DNA of 49,510 nucleotides, filler included, from Stramenopiles sp. TOSAG23-2 (lineage: Eukaryota): the NCBI GenBank assembly GCA_900128395.1. It is 2 parts of 2 records of this genome, joined end to end, with 100 filler letters (N's around TTAATTAATTAA, not from the genome) between each part and the next. Parts side by side here need not be neighbours in the genome. Positions count along the whole stretch, not along the records: positions 1 to 24,808 come from LT649460.1; 1 more part is not named here. One strand, 5' to 3'. This document shows, piece by piece, positions 1 through 11,391 of the stretch (the first letter of the stretch is position 1; every line of letters starts with the position of its first letter). The notes below the pieces were generated by a model that saw nothing but the letters and a program-made list of their open reading frames with translations, made no database searches and was not told the origin of the DNA. Position numbers and translations under genes: made by a program.

Positions 1-53
1 GCTGATGTCTTCAGTCTTTTTAGTGGTGGTGGGTTAATAGTTAATGATGCCAT
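1..53 (-). CDS. 5' end of a gene running off the window edge (MASLTINPPPLKRLKTS...)
   Basis: ATG at 53-51 preceded by AT-rich leader (aaacaac ATG); frame stays open to position 1. Too short to assign a product. Confidence 0.45.
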   Translation of the reverse strand, partial: MASLTINPPPLKRLKTS

Positions 54-386
54 GTTGTTTAGTTATATGCTGTATTGTGTGTGTGTATATATATTTCTCT
101 TTTTCGATGTATATATATCTATCTTATTATATTCTTTTAGTTCTTTTTAGTCATTGTGCCATTCAATTTCATTCAATTTTCAGCCATTATTAGAGGAGAG
201 GTGCAGAGATTTAAACAAAAAAAAATATTGGAAAAAACATTTTTGATTTAAAATATAAATGTTGGATGCATGCTGCCTAACATGCCCCTTTTAAAAACAT
301 TTAAAATTAGATTATATTCCCCTTCTTCGCCTCTCTCTAAACACACTAAACACACTAGACGCCCACCACACATGTGTTTTTTATTA

Positions 387-1306
387 TTACCAACCACGCA
401 CTTCAATTTCATTAGATGATGTATTATTATTATTATCGTCTGATGAGGATGTTTTTTTCATATTATTATCCTTTCCATCCCCATTACCATCACTATTCCC
501 CTTTCTATTTCGTAGTGGTGATTGACTATTGTTCATAGTATTTAATTTATTTCGTAATGATTTCACTTCACGAACTAATACTGTTTTTTGTGCCTTTAAT
601 TTACTTTCTTTCGCTTTATATATTTCTATTTCATCCATTAATTTTTGATTTGTTGATTTATATTTCAATATATCTCCATCAACAATTGCTTTTTGTGAAC
701 GCATTTCACTTTTTAACATTTCTACAGAGGCTTTTAATTGAACAATTTCACTATTTTTTGTTTCACTCTCATGTTTTTCATCTTCTAACATTCCACTTTG
801 TCGTTTCATTTCTTTTTTCAAATCTTTTAATTCACTTTTCATTGCTTCATTTTTATTGATCAATTCAACACCATTGACTTTATCTAATTCACCATGCAAA
901 TCTTTATTTAAACGAAGTAATCGTATTCGTTCCTTCTCAATAGTATCGAATTTTACTTTCATTTCCTCTAATTGTGCAAGATGTTCTTCACCATTTCCAA
1001 TTTCCGTTTTTGCAACAGTTTCCCACTTGTCACATTTTTCATTTATATCATTCATTTCCACCTTTTGTTTTTTCACAATCCCTTCTAATTCTTCTAAACG
1101 TCGTTGTGTTTCCATTAATATCGTATCGTTTTCTTTACGTTGAGTTTCCTCCATTTGTGCTTTTGCCAATGCTTGATCACGTTTTGCTGTCATCTTTGCA
1201 AGTACATCCTCCATTTTTTCTAATCGTTCAATTAATACTGATTCGGATGACAAATGTGTTGGTACCTTGTTGGTTGCTCCATTATTATTGTTATTACTTT
1301 GGTTGC

Positions 1307-1337
<31 letters not shown>

Positions 1338-2822
1338 GAAACTAGTACCTGCACCTGTATTCATTGCTTCATTCACTTCATCTGCATGGATTTTCTCACG
1401 TTTTAAACGTTCATCTAAATTTGCTTTATCATCCGCTGCTAATGATGCTGCTGCAACTGCTTCCGTGGAAACAACTTCAACTACATAACGTAATGTTTTA
1501 CTACGAATCATACTAAATGAATTGTCCCATTCCAATCTACACGTACCAGATCGTCCAGGATGAAATCGACCTTGTACTGATAATGGCGGACAACATTCAT
1601 CTGTTGTATAATGTGTATATGGATAAACTTGTAACCATGTTGATTTATCAGTAGCAGCACATTTTTCATCTACAATATCTTGAATCGATTTATTCTTTTC
1701 ATCATTTTTGTCTTTATTATTTGTATTATTATTATTATTATTATTATTTGTATCAGAAGATGATGATGCTGGTATATTTGTTTTTTTACTAGTTCCCCAA
1801 CTACTTGATTGAAAAAATGATAAACGTGGTTTACGTTTTTTTACTTTTTTCTTTTCCATTATATTTTTTGTATTGTTGTTGTTACTATTGTTATTATTAT
1901 TTGTTTTATCATCACTATTATTATTATTATTCTTACCACTACCACCTTGTTGTTGATGTATAATAGTTGTATTATTATTTTCATCTTCAAAATAAACAGT
2001 AAAGGCAATATCATGTTCTAATACAGAAAAATCCCATATGATAATATCACGTTTTGTTTTTACACGTATATCTAATTCAAATACACCTTGACTTGCTAAT
2101 TCAACCATACTACGTGGTACGGCTTGTAATAAAAATGTTTCAGCAGATATTAATTGTCTAGAACTTTCTTTTAATGTCATTTCATTGTTTGATATTGCAT
2201 TATATTCACCCGGTTTGAAAAATTCAATCGTTTTTTTACAATTCCATGCTTCTGGTATTGAAAATAGAGAAGCAATATATGATGAAATGGCTGCTTCAAT
2301 GTATGCAATATATTCTTCTTCTTTATTTTGGTTGTTGTTGTTTTTATCATCGTTGTTTGATGTTGTATTGTTCGACATATTGTTGTTGTTGTTGGGATTG
2401 TTGTTATTATTATCAGTATCTTGTTCATTATTATTGTTATTATTGGTAATAAACGTTGACGTTGCATTATTATACATATTATGTACACTTTCCGGTACAT
2501 AATTATTATTAATAGTTTCTGTGATACTTCCAATGTAATTTGTCCATGATCGATATGGTACCTCCGCTGGTAGCTTTGATTTTGGGTAACGATATGATAG
2601 ATATGCATGCAGTGTGTTGAATTGTGGTAAAGTACGTTGAATTTCAATATTATTTGATAAAATTAACGTAAAATAACGTTCTCCACCTTCCTTCAAAATT
2701 TGTGAAGATTTCACTTTTGGAAAATCTAATTTTGAATAATCATTCGTGGATAAATGTACATAATCGGTGGATATTGGTGATGATGGTAGTGATTTTTGTT
2801 TATTATTTGTTGATAATGACAT
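387..2822 (-). CDS. PX-like domain + GOLD domain + long coiled-coil protein (membrane trafficking adaptor-like), 811 aa
   Basis: PX-like segments (IQRTLPQFNTLHAYLSYRYPKSKLP ... ISSYIASLFSIPEAWNCKKTIEFF). GOLD motifs IIWDFSVLEHDIAFTVYF and GRFHPGRSGTCRLEWDNSFSMIRSKTLRYVVEV, split by an Asn-rich insert. E/K-rich heptad region at about aa 530-765. Confidence 0.8.
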
Positions 2823-3950
2823 GGTTGTATATATTTAAAAACGTGATATTGATATTGTCGTTATATTATTGCGTACTTCAATATATATATATATATATAT
2901 ATTTATTATTCAAAATTCCAGTTAACAATTCCAGTAAAAAAAAATGTAGTTTTAAAAAAAAAATAATATCTACTATATCTATCTACTATGAAGGGTATAT
3001 ATCAAAATTGTTAATTGTGTATTTGTAGGTATGGATAGAGAAAAAGAGAGAGGGATGAAATATTGCGACTTGGTTTTTTTTGAATATGATTTTGTGTCTC
3101 TACTTTTTTGTTCATGAGAAGACACATTACATTTGAGAACTATTCTTATTAATTTCTTCAAAAATTTATTGAAATATTTGTTTGTTTTTGTTGTTGGTCC
3201 GCCGCATTGCCAAAAGAAACTTGGGTTTGTTGATGCTGCTGTGTAGTGTTATTTTGATTTCATGTATAGTACGGATTAACCCTACAAATGACACTATATA
3301 TTGTTCCTTTCCATCAGTGCATACTGGCATAATACTCACAGTTCACAGCTCACAGCTCACAGCTCACAGCATTACAATATTATTATATACTCTCTCTTTC
3401 CTCTCTTCTATAATCGCCAACATGATAACTTCATCATCATCCAGATATCCAGATCATATCCCTGATCAAGGTGCTCAAACAAGTATTAGATCATATCCCT
3501 GATCAAGGTGCTCAAACAAGCTTTTTGATAATCCCAATGTAATTATATAGCTTTTTGATAATCTGAACCACCATCAAATACACACACACTATGCTGCGGT
3601 GTTATGTGTTTAAGTAATTGGTCTGCATAGCAGGGGAATAACATTGCTTAGATAACAGGGACATAGCATTAGACGACTTAGACAACGGGTTTTAAAGTTT
3701 TAACTGGTGTAATAACAACTTAAACTATTATATTAATAACTACATGCGGGTTTTTTTTATTATTAAAGTTTTAACTGGTAACAACTATACATGCAGTATA
3801 TATATAAAACAAACTATTCCAGGTATCAATAACACAATTTCTTACAACATTCACATTTTAGAAAACAAATCATCCTACCTTAATTAAGACAGGTAATATA
3901 AGTACATTAGAACTATATCACATATATAAAACGAATAGTAAACAGCTACG

Positions 3951-6900
3951 ATGGCTACCGTTATACCAGTAGCAGATGATCCACATGGTAAATACAGTGA
4001 TAAAAACCACGGGATGTCGGACGCTCAGCACAAAGGTGCAAAAAACCATTGGAAACACGTAAAAGCCGAAGTAAAAGTTGGTATGTTTGCAAAAGCGACT
4101 AAACACAAACATAAAATTGCAGCGTGTCATTGCACTGTAATTGGTGTTGTTGTACTCATAGTTGTTTTAACTACTGCAGCTGTTGCAGCCGCAGTGTATA
4201 AAAACCAAGATAAACTATGTTCAAAGGGATATACAAAATTCTGCCCAAAACCAGAACCTAAAGCAAATACACAAGCAGGGAAAGCATTTCAATTTGGAAC
4301 AGTTTCAGTAATACCCCCAAAACACGATTCTAGGCGCCGACTATCAGCAAAGTTTTCGTTCACGCAAGCTATCGACAAATTAGCCCGTGATATAACGCTA
4401 CGTGGTGCAGCAAAAAGAAATGGACGGAAATTAGCTATTGACACAGCAACATTTGCAGAAGATTCTGATTATAATATGGCAACGACAACATTTTTCGTAT
4501 CGGAAGAATCTGCAGAAGCTATGAACATGGTTAGTATGATCATGTGCGACGTAGCACAATTGCGAGCGGCGTATTTTGTAAATCAAGGACCATACAAAGC
4601 TCAAGTAGATGAGAGTAAATGCACAGCCGATGGATCTATGATGGAATGGACCGTAGATGTAAAGACAGTTGGAGCAGCTGATTCAAGTAATACGTTAACA
4701 TGCGCTGGTGATAATGAACCTGCTGTAAATGAAAAAGGCATCGCCACCTTAACTTGTGGCTGGAATATTGACATTTGGTTCCAGACTGGAGATGGTATGC
4801 CAATCAATGTGCAAATGAAAATATGGAAACCTGTTACTATGTGCGAAACTAATTGTGAACCTTCCATGTCATCATGTACATGTGATCCTATTCCTAGGAA
4901 AGAACTACAATTTAAGGCAGGCCCTATGGATATGGGTGGTACTATGGTTAATATGATGGGAATTTTGCATCAAACTGAAAATGGAGAACGAGACGAATCT
5001 ATTAAATTTGGCCAATTTATGTCAATGGGGGATCAATCCATGACTCAAGGTGCTATACATTGGTAAGTATGCCACACACACACACACAATCTCTTTCTTT
5101 TTTGTTTTTAATCACATATCACTAACATGAACTAATATATATATATATATATTAAATTTATAATATAAAATATAAACATATATATATATATAATAAAGTG
5201 AGTACAATACTGGTACAGGTGCTGGAAAAGTTTGGAGTCAATCAACTGAAGGAGGACCAGGGTCTAATCCAACAACGTTCAAATTAGCTTTTGATGGTAC
5301 GTATGTAAAAAAAAGACAAAGATGGAACTGCACAATGTCTTGACATGTCCGACCCAAAGGAAGTTGGAAGTCAATATCAATTATACGATAATACTGGCAA
5401 AGCTGTTATTTTTGAAGAAGGTTTTCCAATCGAAGCAGAATCCGCAGACGGTACAAAATACGAAGCCTGGGCAGGTTATCATGGTTTGCATGTACATAGC
5501 AGAGGCGGTGAGGATTCGGAGGCACAATCGCTATTTGCCGATGGCAAGAAAGTGAATAAAATCAATTATGACGCCGCCTCCAGCAGAACGCCGTATACAT
5601 TAAAAGTTGACAACGGGCGTTTAATGAAAGTATCACGAAAAACAATAACATTAGGGGAGTTGACAGGTGTTACCATGCAAGTTGGTTGGGGTAGTGATGT
5701 GCCAAGAATTATGTTTAATGGAACAAAATTACTGAAAGTTGGTGCTATGGGTGGCATGTGTTTTGCACAAAGCCAAAATGGGCCCCCTACGCTTGTGAAT
5801 GGACCAACAGACCAGTTCAGTTGTATGTGTCAAGGTAGATCATCTGGCCAATTATGGGGTGGGTCAAATATGTGGATGGAAACTTTTCAAGATATATCCA
5901 ATCCAACACCATTCGAAGTTTCTACTGAAGCATTTCCATGGGGCATAGATGTTTCTGCTGGGGAAGGATCGAGTCGGTTTCAAGGAAGAATGAAATTAGA
6001 AGTTGATCAAATAGTAAGAATGTGGATTGCAGGACCATCTTATCAGGGCGGGGCATTTATTGAAGGCCAGAATGTTACTCAAGGAAATGCAGTTGGTGTA
6101 GTTTATACATCAACCCCACAATCATTTACCGGTATTACAAAGAACTATAATCATGCTGAGCAGAGGAAGTCATATGACTGCAGTGGCGCAAAACAAGATT
6201 ATTCGGGGATGATAGGTGACTCTGTGTATTCAGGAACAAAATTGATCCAAGATGCAAGTGGAGCAACGGGTATAGTTAAAGGTCATGGTCATTTTGGATG
6301 GCGAATACAATTTGAAACGACATCAGGAACTTTCGTCGCTAATCAACCTATAAGAATGGTCGATCCAATAGAATTGTCTGGGATGTTTGAGCACTTCAGT
6401 ATAAATGGTTCTTTCACTCCAACTAGTATTAGTCAGCAAGGGCATGAATTACTAGTGAAAGTTACATCGGGAACATTTGCACAAGGTTATTACGATGCTT
6501 CTGCAAGTCAATATGTACCTGCTGCCGATATATATGTTGCTGGAATTAATCAAAATGATTTGTGGGGTTTTCATAGGGAGCAAGGTAAACTTAAGAACCA
6601 ACCAAATGCAAATACAGAGATTACATATACGACTAGAAAATTAGTATTCCCAGATGATACAGTTCCAGCATTGAAATGTTATGACCGTTGTCCAAAAGCT
6701 ACAGGTCTTGCAAGTAGCTGTTCCAGCAATGAGGATTGTTACGAAGGAGAGCCTGGTATTCTAGCAGATGTGAATGTAGACAGTCAAGGTAGTGGATGCG
6801 TTCAGGAAAATCTAGCTTTTGCCATAACAAAAGGTAATGGTGCGTTTACCGGTGCAAGTATTACAGGAACAGTTGATAGCAATGGTAAATTAGTCTCCGC

Positions 6901-7798
6901 TGAAGTGGAAACTTTTGGTAATGGATGTACCAATGACGACACCATTAGCGTTACTGTTAGTGGATGTACAAGTGCACCTAGTGTTTCAGCAAGTTGCAGG
7001 ACAGGAACAGATGATTCTGCGACATATGGACAAGCAAAAACTTATACTTATGATGGTTATTCCTTGAAAGATGGAAATGGTGCTAGTGTAACTGTAGCTG
7101 CAGCCGAAAATTCGCAGTTGAGTTCCATTCACTCAGGTATTCTTTTTGAGTTAACAAACGACGCAAAAGTTAAAGGACAGTGCGAGCATGACACTAGCCA
7201 AGTTTGCTACCATGATCTTCGTGAAAAATTGGATACGTATTATGAGTGGGAAACACGTTCAGCATGGTCAAAACGTGTCAGTTTGATCGATGAGGATGCT
7301 GGAACTTCCGTGAAGTTTGATCAGCCAATGGCAGTTTCATACACACATTCCGGTACAGAATCGAACAGCGGCAAAAATTATCATGGTACTAAAATTTTAC
7401 TATCATATGAAAATGAATTACGCGGATTTCCACAATTGTGTCTCGACAAGACCACTTTACAGAAAGCAGATTGTGCACCGGATTGGTCCGGTATAACAAG
7501 AAATATGCCTGATTTTACCGTTCCAGATAATGCGATTTTTACAAATACAGATACTGGAACAGAATATGTTGCAAAAGCAGGGGAAGTTGAACAAATCATG
7601 AAAATGGCAAGTAGCGCAGCATCTTGTTCCAGTCTTGATACGGCAACAGTACCTGCACCAGTGACAATTGATTTATATCAGTCATTTGAACTTGGTTCCA
7701 AGCCTGATTTATCTGACAAACCAACAGTAGTCTTCAGCGGCATGCTTCTTAAAGAGCTGGAAGAAATTGAAGCAGAAAAAGCAGCTGCATCTGAATAA
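3951..7798 (+). CDS. Large (~1236 aa) Cys/Gly/Thr-rich type II membrane-anchored or secreted protein; exon 1 3951-5062, intron 5063-5198, exon 2 5199-7798 with an apparent 1-nt frameshift in the A8 run at 5307-5314
   Basis: ORFs 3951-5066 and 5345-7798 are joined by GTAAGT donor at 5063, ACTAAC branch near 5121 and AAG acceptor at 5198. Exon 2 reads CEYNTGTGAGKVWSQ...KLAFDGTYVKK, then continues DKDGTAQCLDMSDPK only after removing one A. N-terminal TM segment VIGVVVLIVVLTTAAVAAAVY. Confidence 0.75.
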
Positions 7799-8369
7799 GT
7801 TTGTTCAATATAATCATCTCATATCACATCATAAAAAAAAAACATCTTCAATCTGTAGGCCAAAACAGAGACCATTTTTTCTCTTATATATATGATATAT
7901 ATCACATGATTTGAAATGATATATTATCACACATGTAATATGTTGTAAAAGAAAAAATATGGCGGTTTGCAGTCTTTTTTTTTTATAATACGTACTCCTA
8001 AAATGTATTATATACATGAATACAAAAAAAAAATGTAAAGCATGTTTTCATCACCGAAGAGAGCTGGGAGAGAGGGTAAAATATATTTTCATATAAAAAA
8101 ATACTTCGAAATCGGCTATATGTTATTATTATTAATATATGGTATCCTATCCAATTTGTACTTGAAAGTGTGACATTAGATACATAAACACGAATCTTAA
8201 TTTATTGTGGACACAGCAAGTAAAATCTGTATATTATTATAGTCGAGAGAATTTTCTCTGCTTTTTTTTGATATTTTGTTTTACTCTCCTCTCTCCTCTC
8301 TCCTAAAATATTGAAACATGTTGTATATCAAAAAACATCTATTCTTTTTAAAAGATTCAAGATTTTTTT

Positions 8370-8473
8370 GTCAGCAAATGCACATGTTTTTAAATACAAA
8401 AAATGTCTTTTGATTTTTTACAAAAGATTACCTTTTTTTGTACAAACTATTTTTTTAATGTGCAATGCATCAT
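8370..8473 (-). promoter_or_regulatory. Eukaryotic SECIS element (type II-like, extended apical stem) in the 3'UTR of the selenoprotein gene
   Basis: Minus strand reads A-UGAU (8473-8469), GCAUUGCACAUU, AAAAAAA, ~65 nt apical stem, AUGUGCAUUUGC, UGAC (8373-8370). Ten Watson-Crick pairs in helix II; unpaired As lie 12 nt above the GA/GA quartet. Located about 60 nt after the TAA stop. Confidence 0.75.
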
Positions 8474-8534
8474 TTCTAATACATCATGTACATATGTACA
8501 CAATTAATTATATATTATTTAAATTAATTCATAT

Positions 8535-9275
8535 TTATTGAATCATGCAAGGCAAGACACGTCGTTTGCCACAGCATAATGCATGTCCTATACTATAACC
8601 TTTTTCATTCGGTCTACTATCAATTTTAATTGGATTTCCCGCATCGTATGCATCAACTACCATTGCCATATGTTTCACCGCATCATTTGGTTTAGGTCTT
8701 GGAGTATGATTTTTACCACCCCACGAATATAATGATTTTGCTGAAGAAAACGTTGAGTCTTCAACAGATTGTTTTTGTAATAATATGATAGCTGGTTGAG
8801 TCATGCCATGTGGATAATCATATTCAGGATGATTTGGATCAAAACCAACGGCGGGTCTATTTGTTTTATCAGGGTGCCACGCAGACGGTACAATATCAAT
8901 GTCAGCAAGTTTCAAATCATTTAAAACATTTGCCAATTTATTTGTTGTGTCTGTTAAAATGTCATATGATAAGTTCCATGTATTTCTAGCCATTTCAACA
9001 TGTTCATCTTTTTGTCCTAAAATTACAAATGGTTTGATGCTTTTGCTTTCAAATAAATTATTAGAATCACCAAAATCACCAGCCCACCGACGGCACATCG
9101 GTCACCAATTTCCCCTAACGTATAATAATAAAACATGAGACTCCTTATTAGCATTTATAACAATCTCCATGGGATCTTTTATTGGCACTCCAACATGCGA
9201 TGATTCTTCCACTGCACCATTTTCAGTGACGTCACTAGCAATAACATAATTTTTCTCTATTACTTCTGATGTCAT
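8535..9275 (-). CDS. Selenoprotein of AhpC/TSA (peroxiredoxin-like, thioredoxin fold) type with UxxC motif, 246 aa, Sec58, C-terminal CaaX
   Basis: Frame is open from ATG 9275 (MTSEVIEKNY...HVLLLYVRGNW), through a single TGA at 9104-9102, into the tracked ORF (PMCRRW...). RGxW-[C/U]-PxC is the AhpC/TSA-type redox motif. Downstream YPHGMTQPAIILL...LYSW...RP fits the family. SECIS-like element in the 3'UTR. Confidence 0.9.
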
Positions 9276-9903
9276 TCTAAATATTTTTTCCTAATTAGAT
9301 ATTATATATATATATATACAATAATAATGTCGATAGTATTATTCCTCGTATATATTATCCTGGGAGACTGATTTAGAATCTCTCTCATATATGAATACAT
9401 ACAGTATTAATACTTACACACATGTTGTTGTTTCCGATTTCCGATCTACTATATATCTATACTAGGTGTTATCTAAAAGATCTTAGATCGATCGATCTTC
9501 TTCTATCCAATATCCAATCCCGCCAGCAAAAAACATAATAATTATATTGTAATTTACCATATAAGTACATAATATACCAATATGATAGGGATACATTTTC
9601 ACTTAAAATGATGAAAAATCCCTTTTTTCCAATTTTTCCAAAATAATTTCTTCGAACTATTAATAATTCCGTCGAACCCATCATCATCCCATCATACCAT
9701 CATACCACCAAGAAGAAGAGAAGAAGTAGATATATATATAGAATGTAGAAAGTGATAGTCAATATCATATTTTACAAAAGACAAACATTATAACCAAAAC
9801 TATTAAACAGGAATATTACGATAATAATAACACCACAAAAAGATATCACCCCCCCCCCTTACGCCATTCATAGATATATAATATATATTCAATTTGATAT
9901 ATC

Positions 9904-10812
9904 ATGGACATACCATTAAATAAAGAAATTGAAGCAGTTGGAACCTGGAATACATTTCCACAACCAATTACAACACGTGGGGAAGCAACTATATTTCATA
10001 CCATCGATCCAAATGCACCACCTGGAAATAGAGGTGCTGGTGGTGGTGTATCTGGACCGATCCTAGCAGCAATGATGCAAGAATCGGCAACATTAGCAAC
10101 GATAACTGCTTTACGACATACAGAACAAATTATGGGTACGCTAGAAATTAATATAAATTATATACGACGTGCATCTGGAAAACAAATATTTGCCAAGGCA
10201 AATGTATTAAAAAAAGGTAAAACCGTATCATTTGTCGAAGTTGATATATATAATGATGAGGAACGTTTAGTATGCAATGGGCATGTGATCATTGGTATTA
10301 AATTATCAGGTGGATACGTAAAACCAAATAAATTTGAACATGAAAATTTTGAAAATATATTAAATATGTTTTGGAAAAGCAATGAACATTATGGATATGA
10401 ATTGAAATTAATGGAAAAGAAACGTGGTTATTTAAAATTTGAATTAAATATTGGTCAAGAAAGTGCAAATGTTGATTTGGATAATTTAGCACAAATATTA
10501 CCTGGTGCACATGATTTTGCATGTGTCAACTGCGTTAGTACAATGGTTGATTTTGAAAATGGTGAATATATGAATGGTACAATAAGTTTAAATTTATCTT
10601 ATTTAAAACCATATTTAAAATATGTTGATTTAAAAAGTGATAATAAAAAAATTGAAATTATATCAAAAGTTGAAAAAAAATTAAAACCAGAGGAACAAAT
10701 TGCATTTGCTAGTTGTGAAATTATATCAAATAATGAAGTATTAGCAACTGGACGTATTGTTTATAGCGTAGCAAAAGAAAAAGAAGAATATAATGGTGCA
10801 TTTTCATTGTAG
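9904..10812 (+). CDS. Double hotdog-fold acyl-CoA thioesterase (PaaI-like), 302 aa
   Basis: Two repeats of hotdog motifs: GGVSGPILAAMMQE...GTLEININYIRRA...ANVLKKGKTVSFVEVDIYNDEERLVCNG, and GAHDFAC...GTISLNLSYLKP...IAFASCEIISNNEVLATGR. Confidence 0.85.
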   Translation: MDIPLNKEIEAVGTWNTFPQPITTRGEATIFHTIDPNAPPGNRGAGGGVSGPILAAMMQESATLATITALRHTEQIMGTLEININYIRRASGKQIFAKANVLKKGKTVSFVEVDIYNDEERLVCNGHVIIGIKLSGGYVKPNKFEHENFENILNMFWKSNEHYGYELKLMEKKRGYLKFELNIGQESANVDLDNLAQILPGAHDFACVNCVSTMVDFENGEYMNGTISLNLSYLKPYLKYVDLKSDNKKIEIISKVEKKLKPEEQIAFASCEIISNNEVLATGRIVYSVAKEKEEYNGAFSL

Positions 10813-10999
10813 TATTTATGTACATATGTAATGTTTATAATATGATGGATTATTAGAAAACGTTTTTTTTGTCGAACCAAGTCATCATACATATATATAT
10901 AATAATGATGGATTATGGAGTTGAACGTGTGAAATTTTATACAATAAAAAAGTACGTAGTATTTGGTGATTTTCAATAATGTGCGTGCAGCTGACCCAT

Positions 11000-11200
11000 C
11001 ATTTTAGGTTTGTATTTACGAGTATTTCAGGAGAATTTTTAAACATAAGATATATCTACATTCTACATAGACATTGTATCTCTCCAACTCATTGAAAAAA
11101 AAAATCATTTTAGGTTTGTATTTACGAGTATTTCAGGAGAATTTTTAAACATAAGATACATCTACATAGATATTGTATCTCTCCAACTCATGAAAAAAAA
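11000..11200. repeat. Imperfect tandem duplication, unit ~100 bp
   Basis: cattttaggtttgtatttacgagtatttcaggagaatttttaaacataagata...ctccaactca occurs at ~11000 and ~11106. Confidence 0.9.
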
Positions 11201-11212
11201 TCAAAAATCAAA

Positions 11213-11299
11213 CGCAGCAAAGGTGGACTTGAACCACTATTTAATGAAAAATCTATAGGTTTGAAGCCTACACTCCAGACCCCTGAAGCTCATCGCTGC
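11213..11299 (-). tRNA. tRNA-Sec: tRNA-Sec (UCA), copy 1, 87 nt
   Basis: GCAGCGATGAGCTTCAGGGGTCTGGAGTGTAGGCTTCAAACCTATAGATTTTTCATTAAATAGTGGTTCAAGTCCACCTTTGCTGCG. 9-bp acceptor stem with U.U pair, long D-stem with 4-nt loop, anticodon loop CU-UCA-AA (11264-11262), long variable arm, 4-bp T-stem GUGG/CCAC, discriminator G. This is the eukaryotic 9/4 tRNA-Sec fold. Followed by T-runs (Pol III terminator). Confidence 0.97.
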
Positions 11300-11391
11300 C
11301 CATTTATAATTATTTCTCAATGGATATATATGCAATACTATTTGCATGTTATTAGGAAATGTAAATTTTATGTATATATAAGAAAATCAAA

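Noticed and set aside
557-3502. Short ORFs antisense to or overlapping gene 387-2822 and in the adjacent intergenic region
   Set aside because: Shadow frames of AAT/ATT repeats giving poly-L/Y/I peptides; no coding signal.
8535-9098. The 187-aa ORF starting MCRRW as a complete gene
   Set aside because: It starts in the middle of the redox motif; the upstream frame is open for 57 codons and supplies the first strand and the RGNW motif.
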